From assembly GCA_965644495.1 (NCBI GenBank), contig CBFFSA010000002.1, positions 1,302,001-1,366,000 on the forward strand: DNA of 64,000 nt. Reading direction: 5' to 3'. The notes below the pieces were generated by a model. It was not told where the DNA came from. It ran no database searches and worked only from the letters and a program-made list of their open reading frames with translations. The stretch's first letter is position 1. Each line of letters opens with the position of its first letter. This document shows positions 38,576 through 50,410 of the stretch, one piece after another. Both the position numbers and the translations under genes were made by a program. The DNA is from Perkinsela sp. CCAP 1560/9 (Eukaryota; Protista; Euglenozoa: Kinetoplastea).

Positions 38576-41500
38576 CATAGCTATTGGTTCAGCGAACCCA
38601 CTGAACTACCAGCGAACCACCAGCGAACCAAGCGAACCACTTTTTGTGCTAAACAGTACCACACAGTAGAAATGTTTTACTCGATGTTACAAAGCAATAT
38701 TCAACTTATCTTTTTTTCCTTATGTAGTTAGGGTAATTCATCATGGAATAATCGTCTTTAAAAAATAGACAGCTTCATCTTTCTATCCAAATTTTAAATT
38801 TCTTATGGGTCGAAGACGTGTTATATCACAGGAAGAGGTTCCAGAACTGCCGCTTACATTTTCCTCCCTGAACGACTCTAATGTACTGTCGCCAGCGCAT
38901 TCAAACACACCTTTAGCGACCGCTAGTGCTCAACGAGAAGCGGCGAATACACTGGCAGAGCGTAGGGCGGAAGCTCCGAGTCAGACAACTCTGGATGTCT
39001 CTCTTGTGACCCCCCGTCGAACTTCGAAGAGAAAGAGGGGAGGGCCCGCCTTGCTCCGGCTCCACTGGATCAAAGAAAACTTTGTAGATGAAGTCTGTGC
39101 TGCGGATGTCATCTGCCTTTCTGCAGAGAAAAGGAACAAGTGCGATGATCTTGCTGTGCGAGATCAATCTAATCATTTTATTCATCTCCGCTGTAGGCGC
39201 TGTGCCGAAGTATTTCACTCACACTGTGAGTCTACTTACAATCGCCACCTGAATCATGTCTGTCCTGGGACTTCGAAAAAATCAGTAACACTAGTGCAAG
39301 AGGAAAAGACTCCATTTGAATTTTGGCATAGTGATTTCCCCGTTATTGTCGCATCAACTAATATTCCTCTTTCAGTTGCATTACACATTGCAGAACAAAT
39401 TGGGCAACGGTGGCCGTACAGCGCGCAGAGAGACGATATTCTACGGGGAATGCCAAAGGACATGAGCACTTTGGAAACCGACATGTCCGTCTTAGAAGCT
39501 AAAATATGGCGTCAAATACATGAGTTAATTGACAGCTACGAATTGTTTGGTATTGCTTTGGACGGAGGCACGGATCAGGTTCTCGGTGAACACATCATGG
39601 TAGAGGTGCTCTATGTAGGTCCTCATCATTGGGTACTTCCGCCTATGTATCACGAAAAACATGGCGCATTTAATGGTGTCCAGATCGGTGCACAAATTGT
39701 TGATGATCTTCGCCGCCGTTTAGGGGCGCAACGTCTGCGAAAATGGGCCTACCTCATAGTAGATGGGGCTGCCGTCAATCATGTGGCCCGGCAGGAGGCT
39801 GAGAACGAACTTGGCGAATTGTATCGACGATTGGGCATTTTGGGTGAGAGCGATTTCTCATCAATGAGGAATGCGGTTCAAGGATCAATTGCTCAACTAC
39901 AGGGAGACGTCAACGCACCTTGCACTCAGCGGTTGGCGCTGGTGCTATGCATCAGCCATTTTTTCAACCAAGTTGCGAAGTCGGCACTAGAGAGTTGGAA
40001 CACTACGAACCTCTTTCTACTTCGTAAATATTTCACTAATACTTTCTATAGTGGAGCGGAAACTTCAGCTCGGAAAGGTGAATTTCGGGGTATAGCTCTG
40101 GACTTGCGTCTTGAAGAACTTGGTGGCGACGTCCATAAGGCCGCAAAAACTGTTTAATCCTACTACAGCCTTTTGGTGGGACATGGTTTAGGAGATGTCG
40201 AGAAAGAAAAAAAAATTGATTTCTTTGACAAGCGCAGTTTCTCTCTTGAAACGTTTCGTTGAAACTCCCGGTGTGGAACTTTACAACGCTCTAATTTCGA
40301 CTGCAACGTGTGAGCAAAAATAAGAAGTCTCAAAAGCCCTGGTCCCCGAAATTTTAGAAGGTCTCGACAAGGCGCACAAAGCTCCTGTTCATGGATCCCC
40401 CAAGCTTTGGGGTGTGACTCGATGGGTATTGGATAAGTTTACCTCAATTAGCTACATTGCCAACAAGGCTCCGACGATAGCCCGACTAGTGGAGGCGCAC
40501 TGCCGTAAGAGTAAGAAACCGTCTGCTTCAATAGAGCAATGCTGGGAGTGCTTAAAAACCGAAGGATCAATCCAGGCTATCATCAATCAGGCGAACGAAT
40601 TCTTAAAGCAGTGCGCCCCCATAAAAAATGCTTTGGAACTTTTTTCTGACGTCACAGGCACTCCGAGAGTGCTTAGTGTTTTCCCTGTTATAAACAACCT
40701 TCGCAAGCAAATGTCGTATAATGAACAGGTAATAGAAGCAATTTTGGGCCATCGAGATCGCGTTCGCCGGCATCATCTCTGGGATTTTTTTATGAATGTA
40801 CAATGGTTAAATCCTATGTATATCCAGTGGTCAGTCCGGAACTCTGATGGGTCTTTCTTGACTTCTCCTCCTAGTACTGAAATAATGAATGACATGTTGC
40901 GAACTGGCACTCCGATGTTTTCGATATCGGATAACGAATTTAATGATTTTCTTACGTGTGAAGATTATGGTTGGCGCGCTACACCGAAGTACACAGCGGC
41001 GACTTGGTGGGAAGAGACAGGAAAACTTAGGTACCCGGAAATATATCGCGCAGCACGATGTTACCTCTGGGTTCGGCCGATAGTTACAGAATGTGATTCA
41101 GTGCCTCCCGTAATGGGACATAAGTACTGCAGTCGATAGGCTAGTATGTCTCCGGAAAAGATGGCAGTGTATATTTTCGTACACTGCAATATTAAACGTT
41201 TGGATCCTCAAATCAATGCAATTGTTGATTGAGCTTACAATTTTTTTTATTAAGATGTATCTTCACTGTTCTTTTCTTTCTTTGCCAAGGCACGAGGATA
41301 AACTCGACTGGCCAAAAAACAAATTAAAAAAAATATAAAAATCCAGAAGGGTAATTCCCAGATTATTCAGGCGGCGGTACAAGATTGGTACCGCCGTGGT
41401 GTTAGGGGGTAGGCTTCCGGTGGGCCTAGGGGGGTGCACACCAAAAAAAATACTTTGGGCGATGAAAACTAATGCATGCAAGGAAATAATCGTTTTAGAG

Positions 41501-41649
41501 ATAGAGATACTGTTTCTGTAATGCTTTCGACCATCTTGAAGTTTAACACCTGAAGATCCGCGTTAAGTGGTTCGCTGTGTTCGCTATTTTGTTCACTGAA
41601 CCAGCGAACACAGCGGACCAGCGAACACACCAGCGAACCAAAAGGTATA
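38576..41649 (+). mobile_element. hAT transposon (~3.07 kb), full-length but decayed
   Basis: Imperfect 15-bp TIRs CATAGCTATTGGTTC / TATACCTTTTGGTTC (rc), AGCGAACC subterminal repeats at both ends, GAATC(C) on both flanks. Confidence 0.8.
38805..41232 (+). pseudogene. hAT transposase pseudogene
   Basis: BED-like CRRC...H..H, ALDG, IVDGAA, CISH (CxxH), TRW, WW...YPEI, and a C-terminal ASMSPEKMAVYIFVHCN dimerisation-like tail. Stops at 40155, 40321 and 41137 plus a frameshift near 40250. Confidence 0.88.
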
Positions 41650-41976
41650 GAATCCATCGCCAAACACAAAAAGAGAATCCATTTACGACAGTCAAACGAA
41701 TAATTTCAAAGATTACATACATACAATACTTTATGTATTGTGTGTCCGGGTCTTGTGATATAGGTGGGGTGCCCTCCCCATTTATCCTATATCAAACTTG
41801 TTTTTCATTTTTACTTTTTTTTGTATTTCTTTTTTTTCTTCTTTTTTGTTTTTCTTTTTTTATTGACGACCGCCCACTTTAGAGTCGCCTCTTGGGTCTC
41901 TTTTTTTCTGCTGAACGGTCGTGCCCTCGAGCCGAACAGTTGGGGCTTTAATATAACATATGAACCCTATGGATAC

Positions 41977-43127
41977 TAAGATTCCTTTGCAGTTTTCCGA
42001 CTAATGACTGGAGTATCACTGGAGAAGAAGTTCATAGGGGGGTGCACGAAAATATGGGGGGGGTCAAAATTCTTATAATTCGGCCAATTTTGGAAAATAA
42101 TAGCGCATTCGAGAGCTCTCACAGAGTTACGTGTCATGTGATATTACGTTTTACGTAGTTTCCAGGTATATGCATTCTCCTGAATACCGTAAAAAGGGCA
42201 ACTGCAAGTTTTTTTTCCGGTAAAAAAAAGTTAGTATCCACAATTTCCACCTTTTTTCTCCAACACAATTTTTACACGCGTTGGAACACTCTCTAAAGTC
42301 CTCAAAAATACATCGTATTGCGCCCCTTTTAATTTTTCGACCCCAGAAGCGATCGCTCGTCTCAAATCTGTACGATTCGTTGGACAAAGCGAGTTTTTAT
42401 GCTCGTCCATATCAGAATCGAGAATATTTTAACCAAGAGTATCCTGTGAGACGCTCTAAGTTGCCCACAAGGCGAATAACAAAATCTACTCCGTTTCTGC
42501 ACCTTTTTATTATTCGAATATGACCTTTTCTGGGGCATAGTACTGTATTAGGATCAAAAACGTCGATGAATTCACAAAAAAAAGCATTTTTTTCAAAAAA
42601 CTGCAGAATTTTGCACTTTGAAAAATTATGATTTTTTTAAATTGTTTAAAAAATTTAAAAATGCGGGAAACGCATTATCACATGACATGTAACTCTGTGA
42701 GAGCTCTCGAATGCGCTATTATTTTCCGAAATTGGGCGAGTTATAAGAATTTTGACCCCCCCCCCCATATTTTCGTGCACCCCCCTGTATATAAATTATT
42801 TACGACGTGCAAAGAACAGTCATTGTTTCCAGGAGCTTGTTGCACGCAATCAACATATGTGACCTGTAGTCGATGATATCGTTCGTGCGATAATTTTAAG
42901 GTTTCCACAAAGCGATTTAAGTTGTCCATTGCTGCACGAGGAGCGTGTTGTATTAAACTGTCAAAGACTAGAAGGGTTTTGGAAGAGACCCGAATAAGTG
43001 AGCTTCGTAAAGGACCTGAAATCGCCGATCCACGAGTGTGCGCTTTGTCTAGCGTCTCGTTCTCGTTCGAATCGACAGTCATTGAAAGGATAAAGGGAAC
43101 TATTAATAAAGTTTCAATGATTTCCAT
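41977..43127 (-). pseudogene. Ulp1/C48 cysteine-protease-like fragment split by the MITE
   Basis: LLVFDSL...CVQQAPGNNDCSLHVVNNL resembles the FDSL and Q-x-N-x-x-DC motifs. Excising the MITE plus one TA restores an in-frame tail NNLYMNFFSSDTPVISRKTAKES*. Confidence 0.6.
42035..42787. mobile_element. Second, longer copy of the CAGGGGGGTGCACG MITE
   Basis: Same TIRs and internal sequence as 15815-16339, plus ~230 bp (about 42205-42432) missing from that copy. Confidence 0.92.
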
Positions 43128-43536
43128 AAAAGAAAATATTACGCTACATTTACTCTACCTTTTTGGTAAAAAAAATTGTGCAATTTATTTTTCAGACAAT
43201 TTGTTTTCTTCTAAACGGCACTATAAGTGGGGGGTACCCCGGCACAGTAAATAGAAAAAGAAGTTTCTTATTCAGCGTTTTTCACTGAGCTTTCGGTCCT
43301 TATCTGTACGGCGGAAAACCTAGCTTTATTAACCTTTTGCTTGAAGTACTACATTACGAAAAGCGCAAAATGTACATTCACAGAGATCTCCTTAACCGTC
43401 TAACGTTAGATGCTTTCTTTGTTGCGTGCTCAACAGAGCATCAAAACACGCAGTCTCTAGTCCCATCTACACTGTACAAAGAACTGACACCTGTCTACTT
43501 TATCGTGATCCTACACGTATCTGTTCTCCTCTTCCT

Positions 43537-45174
43537 CTACACTTTTTCTTCCTCTTTGCATCCACTTTCTTCCTCTTCCTCTGCCTCATAGGTAAATCCC
43601 AACACCTCCGTGGTACCCGAGCCACTCCGTGACAGTACCACCTCCTCCCTCCACTGCCTCAACCCGGATGCGGTCATAGGCTCCAGCACTCCCTCCGGTG
43701 CTGCTCCGTCCCCCGGTACCCTACTAACTCTACTCAGCCCCTCCCAATCGATGCCCTGAAAAAAAGCATGTTTTTTCAACAAACTCGCCCCCGTAACCCT
43801 TTTCATCGGATTCTTCCGCAGCAACAGTCGTAACAAATCACATGCGGCAGGCGACAACACCCCAATCGGCAGTGCCACCGGTTCCGCTATAATTTTCGCA
43901 AAAACCTCCCCCGGGGTACTTCCCCCAAACGGAGGGGACCCCAGGAGCATTTCATACACCATGACCCCGAGGGCCCAGTAGTCCACCCCGGGCCCATAGC
44001 CTTTTCGTCGAATCACCTCCGGCGCGAGATACAGCGGGGTGCCACAGAACGTGTACGCCTGCTGCGCCTCCTCGAGCAACAGCGTGCGAGCGAGTCCCAT
44101 GTCCGTAAGCACACAGTGCCCTTCGGAATTAAAAACCACATTGTCGGGTTTAAGATCGCGATAGATAATCCCGTGGGAGTGGAGATGGGAGAGCGCACAG
44201 AGGAGCTGTGCCGCGTAGAGGGCAGTAGTGGGCTCCGGGAGACGTCGATGATGGGTGAGGAAACGGCTAAGGGAGCCGTTGGGGAGGTAGGGCATGAGGA
44301 AACATAATTTTTGGGGCGTCTGGAACGCGGCCTCGAGGCGGATGAGGAAGGGATGACGGAGCTGGAGAAGGATTTGCCGTTCGGAGAGAATGAGCTTAAG
44401 GTCGAGAGATTCGGATTTGCGGATGATTTTGAGCGCGCTGATGCGGTGTGTGGTTTTGTGTTGAACTTTAAAGACTTTTCCAAAGCTGCCTTCGCCTAAT
44501 ATACCGAGGGGTTCGAAATCTTGTAATGAAATTTTGTGATGGCAAGCCGCTTGACTGATTTTATTATTTCTCCCCAAGCTGTGATGACTAAACGGAGTTA
44601 GTGAATGTGTTGGCATGGGTTGCTTCTGGTTAACGCATTCGGTTTTGGAATGAATTGATTCCTCCACTATTTTAGTTTGACGCATCTCAATTGCTTTTTC
44701 AAAGTCAGGGGACGTATGCAAATTTTCATCCCCACTCTGAACGCTATTCTCGTGCATTTGTCCCTGAGAAGGAAAGTCCAATAAATATAAATTCGAGTCA
44801 GCAATTGCGGTTCGGAGAGAGCTGACCCACGAGCACAACAGTGCTTCATCGGTGACCCGTAAGCGGAGCTTTGATTTACGCAAAGGGACGCATAAGACGA
44901 ATGTTTTCTCATCTCGGACTGATATGGAAGAGCCAGCCAGAGGAAGCTTTAAATACGGTGTCATTCCATTCGACCCTTTATAAATTTCTAGCGTATTTCT
45001 GCGTAGAACGCCCCAATGTGTGTTGTAAGAATTCAAAAATTTCCCGTTATGGATGCGAAGGTGAGAAGAAAAGCCCGTAAACTCACTGTTTGTTTTAGGA
45101 ACAGAAATTGTTCCAGTCTCCTGAGGACGACACTCCCATTTCTGATTCGTGCAAGGTAGAGAACACGCCGCCAT
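43537..45174 (-). CDS. PH-domain AGC kinase (PKB/Akt/RAC-like)
   Basis: N-terminal PH-like region; LGEGSFGKV, ALK, YRDLKPDN, DMG, TFCGTPLYLAPE, DYWALG, C-terminal GFTY. Confidence 0.92.
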   Translation of the reverse strand: MAACSLPCTNQKWECRPQETGTISVPKTNSEFTGFSSHLRIHNGKFLNSYNTHWGVLRRNTLEIYKGSNGMTPYLKLPLAGSSISVRDEKTFVLCVPLRKSKLRLRVTDEALLCSWVSSLRTAIADSNLYLLDFPSQGQMHENSVQSGDENLHTSPDFEKAIEMRQTKIVEESIHSKTECVNQKQPMPTHSLTPFSHHSLGRNNKISQAACHHKISLQDFEPLGILGEGSFGKVFKVQHKTTHRISALKIIRKSESLDLKLILSERQILLQLRHPFLIRLEAAFQTPQKLCFLMPYLPNGSLSRFLTHHRRLPEPTTALYAAQLLCALSHLHSHGIIYRDLKPDNVVFNSEGHCVLTDMGLARTLLLEEAQQAYTFCGTPLYLAPEVIRRKGYGPGVDYWALGVMVYEMLLGSPPFGGSTPGEVFAKIIAEPVALPIGVLSPAACDLLRLLLRKNPMKRVTGASLLKKHAFFQGIDWEGLSRVSRVPGDGAAPEGVLEPMTASGLRQWREEVVLSRSGSGTTEVLGFTYEAEEEEESGCKEEEKV

Positions 45175-45392
45175 ATTCGTGATACAACTTACCAGTAGGT
45201 GGCGAACACGTCACAACGATCAGACATCAATTTACTCTCCTCATATAAAAACCAAATATGACATGAATGAACGAATCATAAAATACGCTAGTTCACCTGA
45301 TTCTCACTCATTATGAAAAGAAATGAAAAACAAAGAGGAAAATGTTATCTCTCATTACGTACATGCTGTATCACCATATATCCCCACCCCTG

Positions 45393-46289
45393 TCACTCCA
45401 TCTCCCCACACTTCCCCTTCGTATAATCCCTCAACCTTTTATCCAAAAACACCACCAACTTCTTACACGCCACCACCGCCGTCTCCCACACCCTCCCCAT
45501 CTCCCCCTCCCTCCCGCCTCCCCCCATCCGAAAACTCACCCCTTCCGTCGGGGTGTGGCCGTAGCACACGTACCACCCCCCGCCCCTTCCCGCCGCGGCC
45601 TCCTCCCGGGTCGGGTCCACCACCACCCGCTCCCCGAGCACCACCACGGAGGCCGACACCACGAGGTCCCGCATCGGGACCCCGGCGTCCTGGAGCGCCA
45701 GCCCCGCGGCGTTCACCACCGCCGCCTCCACCCCCCCTTCCTCCTGGAGCACCTGGATGTGGAGGTCCAGCGTACTGTGGGGGTAGGCCCCGCGGAGGAT
45801 GGCCCCCGAGAGGGTGTCGAGGACCGCCTGGGCCAGCAGCCGGTCTCGGCTACCACCACCACCACCACTGCTACTCGTAGTGGAGTACAGCCCCCCACGT
45901 GACCCGGTGTTTGCGCGAGAGCTGGCAAAGACAAGGTCACAGGTGAGGAGGAGGGCCCCGGGGGTGGGGGGTTCATCCATAGGGGAAGTAGAAGTAGAGG
46001 TTGAAGAAGAGGAACCCCCCGCCCGGGGGTGTAGTGCGGCAGGGGGGAGGGTTGTGGTTGCGGTGCTGACTACGGCGCCGGAGGCTGCGGCGGAGAGGCT
46101 GAGGGGCTCGGTGGCTTTGGGGCCGTAGACGGCGGCGACGACTTTGGTGCCCCCGAGGTCGAGCGCACAGCTGCCGTCGGCGGTGTGGAGGATGCCGAGG
46201 GAGAGAGAGGTGTCGCGCCACTCGGTGAGGCGTCGTCCGTCACGGCGGAGACCGGCGAGGGAGATGTGTTCGTGGTGGCGGGAGACCAT
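45393..46289 (-). CDS. RRP41: Exosome RNase PH-like subunit Rrp41
   Basis: GLRRDGRR, ADGSC.LDLGGTKVVAAVYGP, YPHS.LDL.IQVLQEEGG, NAA.LAL.DAGVPMRD; low-complexity inserts. Confidence 0.9.
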   Translation of the reverse strand: MVSRHHEHISLAGLRRDGRRLTEWRDTSLSLGILHTADGSCALDLGGTKVVAAVYGPKATEPLSLSAAASGAVVSTATTTLPPAALHPRAGGSSSSTSTSTSPMDEPPTPGALLLTCDLVFASSRANTGSRGGLYSTTSSSGGGGGSRDRLLAQAVLDTLSGAILRGAYPHSTLDLHIQVLQEEGGVEAAVVNAAGLALQDAGVPMRDLVVSASVVVLGERVVVDPTREEAAAGRGGGWYVCYGHTPTEGVSFRMGGGGREGEMGRVWETAVVACKKLVVFLDKRLRDYTKGKCGEME

Positions 46290-46756
46290 GGAGGGGTGAG
46301 GAAGGATAAAAGGGGTAGAAGAAGAATCTGTAATGGGGACAAAGTTTATTAAGAAAGGTTTTTTGGTTAAGAAGATTATGCTGCTGCCCGATTTAAAGAG
46401 GACACATCAAGAGTGTGAAAGAGGCGAACCTATTTAAAAAAACAATAATTTTGTCAACGAAATGCGAAGCATAAATGGCAGGTGCTGCTATCAGTACGAC
46501 ATCAAAGCGACTTATCTATTTCACAGGCCGGAGTAATCTTTATGCTTTACGCATTACGTTTTCGGGATGCAGTAGCGTAGAAAAAAACAAAATAATGTAA
46601 TCATAAAACGAACTTCTACGGGAAACGTGATCAGTTCTACTGTATTTATAGCAATCGAGAATTTCAGAAATCACTTTTACTGCACATCAAAAGATGGCAT
46701 GATAGTCTTCCTTGTTCAGTGCCGTATTTTTTAGACCCTCTTACAATGGAAGTAGA

Positions 46757-47092
46757 TCACGAAGCGGGCTTTGCGGCCTGTGGATTCTTTACGACAAGAA
46801 TTACGTTATCACCCCGCACAAAAACTTTAGAAAGGGATCTTCGTTTTGGGACACCTCGAGTACTGCTTTTATCTCGTTCAACCCAGATTTCTTGAACATT
46901 ATCCATAATGAGGTTCATGTGTCGGTCAAAGGCGCGTACACGCCCAAGCATTTTGTGATTATCCCGACAATATACGAATATTTGCGCGCCGGACTTCAAG
47001 CTTGAATCCAAAACACTGAGCGGACCACGTTCGAACTCTTCTCTTTCGGCTTCGTCAGCTGCTTCTCGGGTCAGCGGCTTGTGTGTTACCAT
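46757..47092 (-). CDS. SmD2: snRNP Sm D2
   Basis: EFERGPLSVL, CRDNHKMLGRVRAFDRHMNLIMDNVQEIW, KVFVRGDNVILV. Confidence 0.95.
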   Translation of the reverse strand: MVTHKPLTREAADEAEREEFERGPLSVLDSSLKSGAQIFVYCRDNHKMLGRVRAFDRHMNLIMDNVQEIWVERDKSSTRGVPKRRSLSKVFVRGDNVILVVKNPQAAKPAS

Positions 47093-47744
47093 AGTGAGAG
47101 TGACAAGTTATAAGAAAGTAAATGATTGCACTATAGGATAAATTAGCAGTTCTTCTGAATCCAAATTTGTACGCTGTATTTGTTTCACATGAAAGCGAGA
47201 CAAAGAGTAGAGTATAAATGGGGAGGAAAAGAGCTCAAGGAGGAAGGTTCGCAATATTAAGTACCCTTGCGACATCTGCTGTCCTAGCAAAAATCGTATT
47301 CCGGTATAGGACTATTCACCCGAACAGTGCTATTATACAAAGTGGTGCAATTTTCACTTTAATTTGATAAATACAGTATCATGAAGTTTACACTGTAAAC
47401 TTTACAGTGTAAAGTTTATGCTTTATACTATAAATTTTATACTTTATATTACTTTGTTCCAATTTGAAATAAGAAAGCTAATGGTTTCCAAGTTTTATTG
47501 AAGGGTATCCATACAGTTTCAGATACTAGTCGTGCTTATAGAATGTTTCTTTTCATAAACAGACAGAACGCCTGAATTCCAACGGACCGAAACTATTAAT
47601 CATCATTTAGAGATGTATAACCCTTTTGGCAGGGGAAGCTGAGGTAGAGTTTATTCTATACACAATTCTATACAGTTTATTCTAAGTACAATGGCACAAC
47701 CAATAATGATAATAATTCAAATACAATGACCACAAGTCAAATTA

Positions 47745-48790
47745 CTGTACCCCCCCTAGTTATCTGTCGTTACTTTTCGAGGGGTGCGACAGATAATTTT
47801 TTTAAGTCAAGGTTTCTAGATGGGTTCGCTGTTTCGTTCACTGAACCAGCGAACCAGTGAACACCAGCGGGCCAACGAGTATGAATGATGTGATTGAGGT
47901 CTACTTCAGACACGGATGAAGTCACGACAGCCAAGAACGCCTCCAAGGAACCGAAAGAACTGCAGGGCAGAACGCGAAAAGACAAAACAAAAGCACCTGG
48001 CGGAGTACTTGGCAAGTACTTAGTACGTACTATCCGTACTAGGGAGATGTATGACTTGCGGGTTAACCTTGCGTGTCGATCATGATCTTCTCAAAGCACA
48101 GCACTACTCGCTTCGAAAAATAGCCTAATTCTGCTTTAAAGGATGAGCATGTTACAGCAATAGTGACCTTCAATTTTTAGTTAGCGCATCAAAAGTTTCG
48201 ATGCGCATGATTTTGATTCAAGTACGCATGATAAGACGCCGAAAATCGCGTAAAATGGCGTGTCACTTTATAGAACTACCGCTCTACCCTCGATTATTAA
48301 TCAAAAATGAGAAATTTAATGAAAAAAAAGTCTAAAAAAAATGAAAAACTAAAAAGGATGTGTTTTGCTGGTCTAGGGGTACCAGGCATTCTCTTTAAAA
48401 ATTCCCCGCAAAGCTTAGGGTTACATTAACAAGGTTGTTCGTTAAAAAAATTACCCAAAAATGAGGAAACAAATAATTTTGTTTCAATATACTGTTTCAA
48501 TATACTGCGGAGGGGAGAGAAAGAGTGGGGTTGAGGTTACTGTGGTGTGGAGGGGAGAGAGAGTGGGATTGAGGGATACTGTGGCCCATAATCTGCTTCT
48601 GCCTCGGAGAACCATGAGGCGGGGTAATCTACACTGTATGTTAAAAACGCAGCTAATCGCAAAAAAAAATCAGCGCCCCTTCGCAACGCCTGTTTTGTCC
48701 GACTGACAATTATGTAGGGGGAGGGTGAATTCATCTTTTCTCAGAACTGACAAATAAGTAGGGGGGTGACAATTATGTAGGGGGGGATGG
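47745..48790. mobile_element. Degenerate CTGT-family TIR element containing a solo hAT right end (~47820-47883)
   Basis: TA|CTGTACCCCCCCTAGTTATCTGTC ... TGACAATTATGTAGGGGGGGATGG|TA. The internal GTTCACTGAACCAGCGAAC...GTATG matches 41590-41649. Confidence 0.55.
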
Positions 48791-48991
48791 TACCTTGCTA
48801 AGCGAAGCTGCTTCGCATTACCGAAGCTGTACTAAACTTGCTGAGCAATTGTACTAAACTCCCGATTCGAATATTACTCTAGATATTCAGTGCAGGTCCG
48901 TGTGATTTCTCTCATGGTGCTGTCAGAAAGATTGTGATGCTATATTGCATGAGATTCATCATAAATGTTGTTAGCACGAACTAAAGACATA

Positions 48992-49110
48992 CAGGGGGTG
49001 GCACGGAAAGATGGGGGGTCAAAGGTCGTAAAACTTGGCCGATTTTGGAAAATAGCACCGCATTCGAGAGCTCTCGAAGAGCTACGTGCTGCCTAATATG
49101 CGCATATTTA
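48992..49110. mobile_element. Divergent left arm of the CAGGGGG MITE family
   Basis: TA|CAGGGGGTGGCACGGAAAGATGGGGGGTCAAA...CGCATTCGAGAGCTCTCG. Confidence 0.75.
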
Positions 49111-49574
49111 AATAATGCGCTTCCTGTCTCTTAAACTTTTCATTGTTCACAGAAAAATACGTTTTCGAAACTTGCAATTTTCCCCCTCCCATCGGATGTG
49201 CCAGACGTGCGCTGACTCATCCCGTCGATCATCCCGATCACCGCGGGACAACTCCACTTCTCTTGGGCGCACCCACATTTGGCCTTTTCATCAGTGCGTT
49301 GGTTTTCTGCCCAGCTAACCTCGCAATTACGCCATCGGCGCCTGCTCAACCACTATCGGTCCGCTCAGCCAACCCCACTCTTCCAACACCCCTGCTCCCG
49401 TCCAACCAGTCTTCCGAGTCAAATCCTTGTTACTGGGGGATCTGTTTATAGGGGGTTTACGATAAATATTTTTTCACGGTTCCAGCGAGGAAAACTCACG
49501 GTTTCAGATCCCGCAGTAGCAAGGGTCTTTCCATGTCCCACCTAGACTTGCACTGTGCAAGTTGGGCATCGCAA

Positions 49575-50219
49575 TTAATCAAGGTTTCGTCGCGCATTAG
49601 CGCTTTTTACAGACTGACGTATGTGCCGTCGGGATACCAAAAGAGGGGTAAACAAACTTCGAAGAAAACAAAATATAAGTACGAATAAAACAACCCCCAT
49701 AACAAAGGAATAAATATACCCCATCCTGCGTTGCCGCGCAGGTAGGAGTCTCATAAAAAGTCGCATACGTGCAGGATCCCCAGGAACCCGCGTGCCTCGA
49801 TAATACGCTGACGTTGGGTCTAAGAGTAGTGCCCGAGCCTGCTTAAGCTCAGACGCTCTGGCACGACCATGTGGGGAGTTGGGGTCACAAACTGCGGATT
49901 TAGTTTTAAAAGACCTTTCAATGTCATCTTTTGTTGCCGTGGCCGCATTTAATCCCAAAACGTGAAGAGGATCACTGTGGAGAAGAAAAAGTTCCTGCTC
50001 GCGTGCTTCGCCCGAGAACGTGTTCGCAGAGTCGTGAGTATGATTAAACATCTCCCAACCTCTTGCACTTGAGCTCGCCTGCCGAATATTCGACGTAAAA
50101 ATGGGAATGGCGGAGTCTATCGTGCCTGATCGGAGAGAACAATGGGAAACTACAGGTGCTGTATGACCTCGAAAGCGCTGTGCTAGGTAGCAAATAACGG
50201 CCTTTTTGCTACTATTCAT
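49575..50219 (-). CDS. Probable mitochondrial J-like domain protein with C-terminal TM helix
   Basis: Basic leader; DPLHVLGL...ATKDDIERSF (J helices I-II); HPD position reads DPN; LKQARALLLDP; one TM. Confidence 0.65.
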   Translation of the reverse strand: MNSSKKAVICYLAQRFRGHTAPVVSHCSLRSGTIDSAIPIFTSNIRQASSSARGWEMFNHTHDSANTFSGEAREQELFLLHSDPLHVLGLNAATATKDDIERSFKTKSAVCDPNSPHGRARASELKQARALLLDPTSAYYRGTRVPGDPARMRLFMRLLPARQRRMGYIYSFVMGVVLFVLIFCFLRSLFTPLLVSRRHIRQSVKSANARRNLD

Positions 50220-50410
50220 GAATGAAAAATCTTAAAGTATTTGTGTAGAGGTTTATGACTTAATATTTGGTAAATCCAAAACATTCATAAATGCGCTGAC
50301 CATCAGTCAGGAAACCTAGAATTAGCGCTTTACATTTTTTCTTAACGATTCAGAATAAACTTTGCAGCCTCCAAGCAAATTGATACATAAAAAGCCCATA
50401 GGCACCTTCC

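Larger units (their letters stand above)
38135..43247. mobile_element. TA-flanked CTGT-ended TIR element hosting a nested hAT and a MITE
   Basis: Left TA|CTGTGCC(C)nACTTATAGTGCCG; right CGGCACTATAAGTGGGGGG-TACCCC-GGCACAG|TA. Confidence 0.7.

Noticed and set aside
38588-38640. CRISPR- or iteron-like AGCGAACC repeats
   Set aside because: Irregular short spacing; they are hAT subterminal repeats mirrored at the other end.
40155-41139. Stop-codon reassignment or programmed frameshifting suggested by in-frame stops in the hAT and Merlin ORFs
   Set aside because: Host genes are uninterrupted and end in TAA, TAG or TGA normally; mixed stops plus frameshifts indicate decay.
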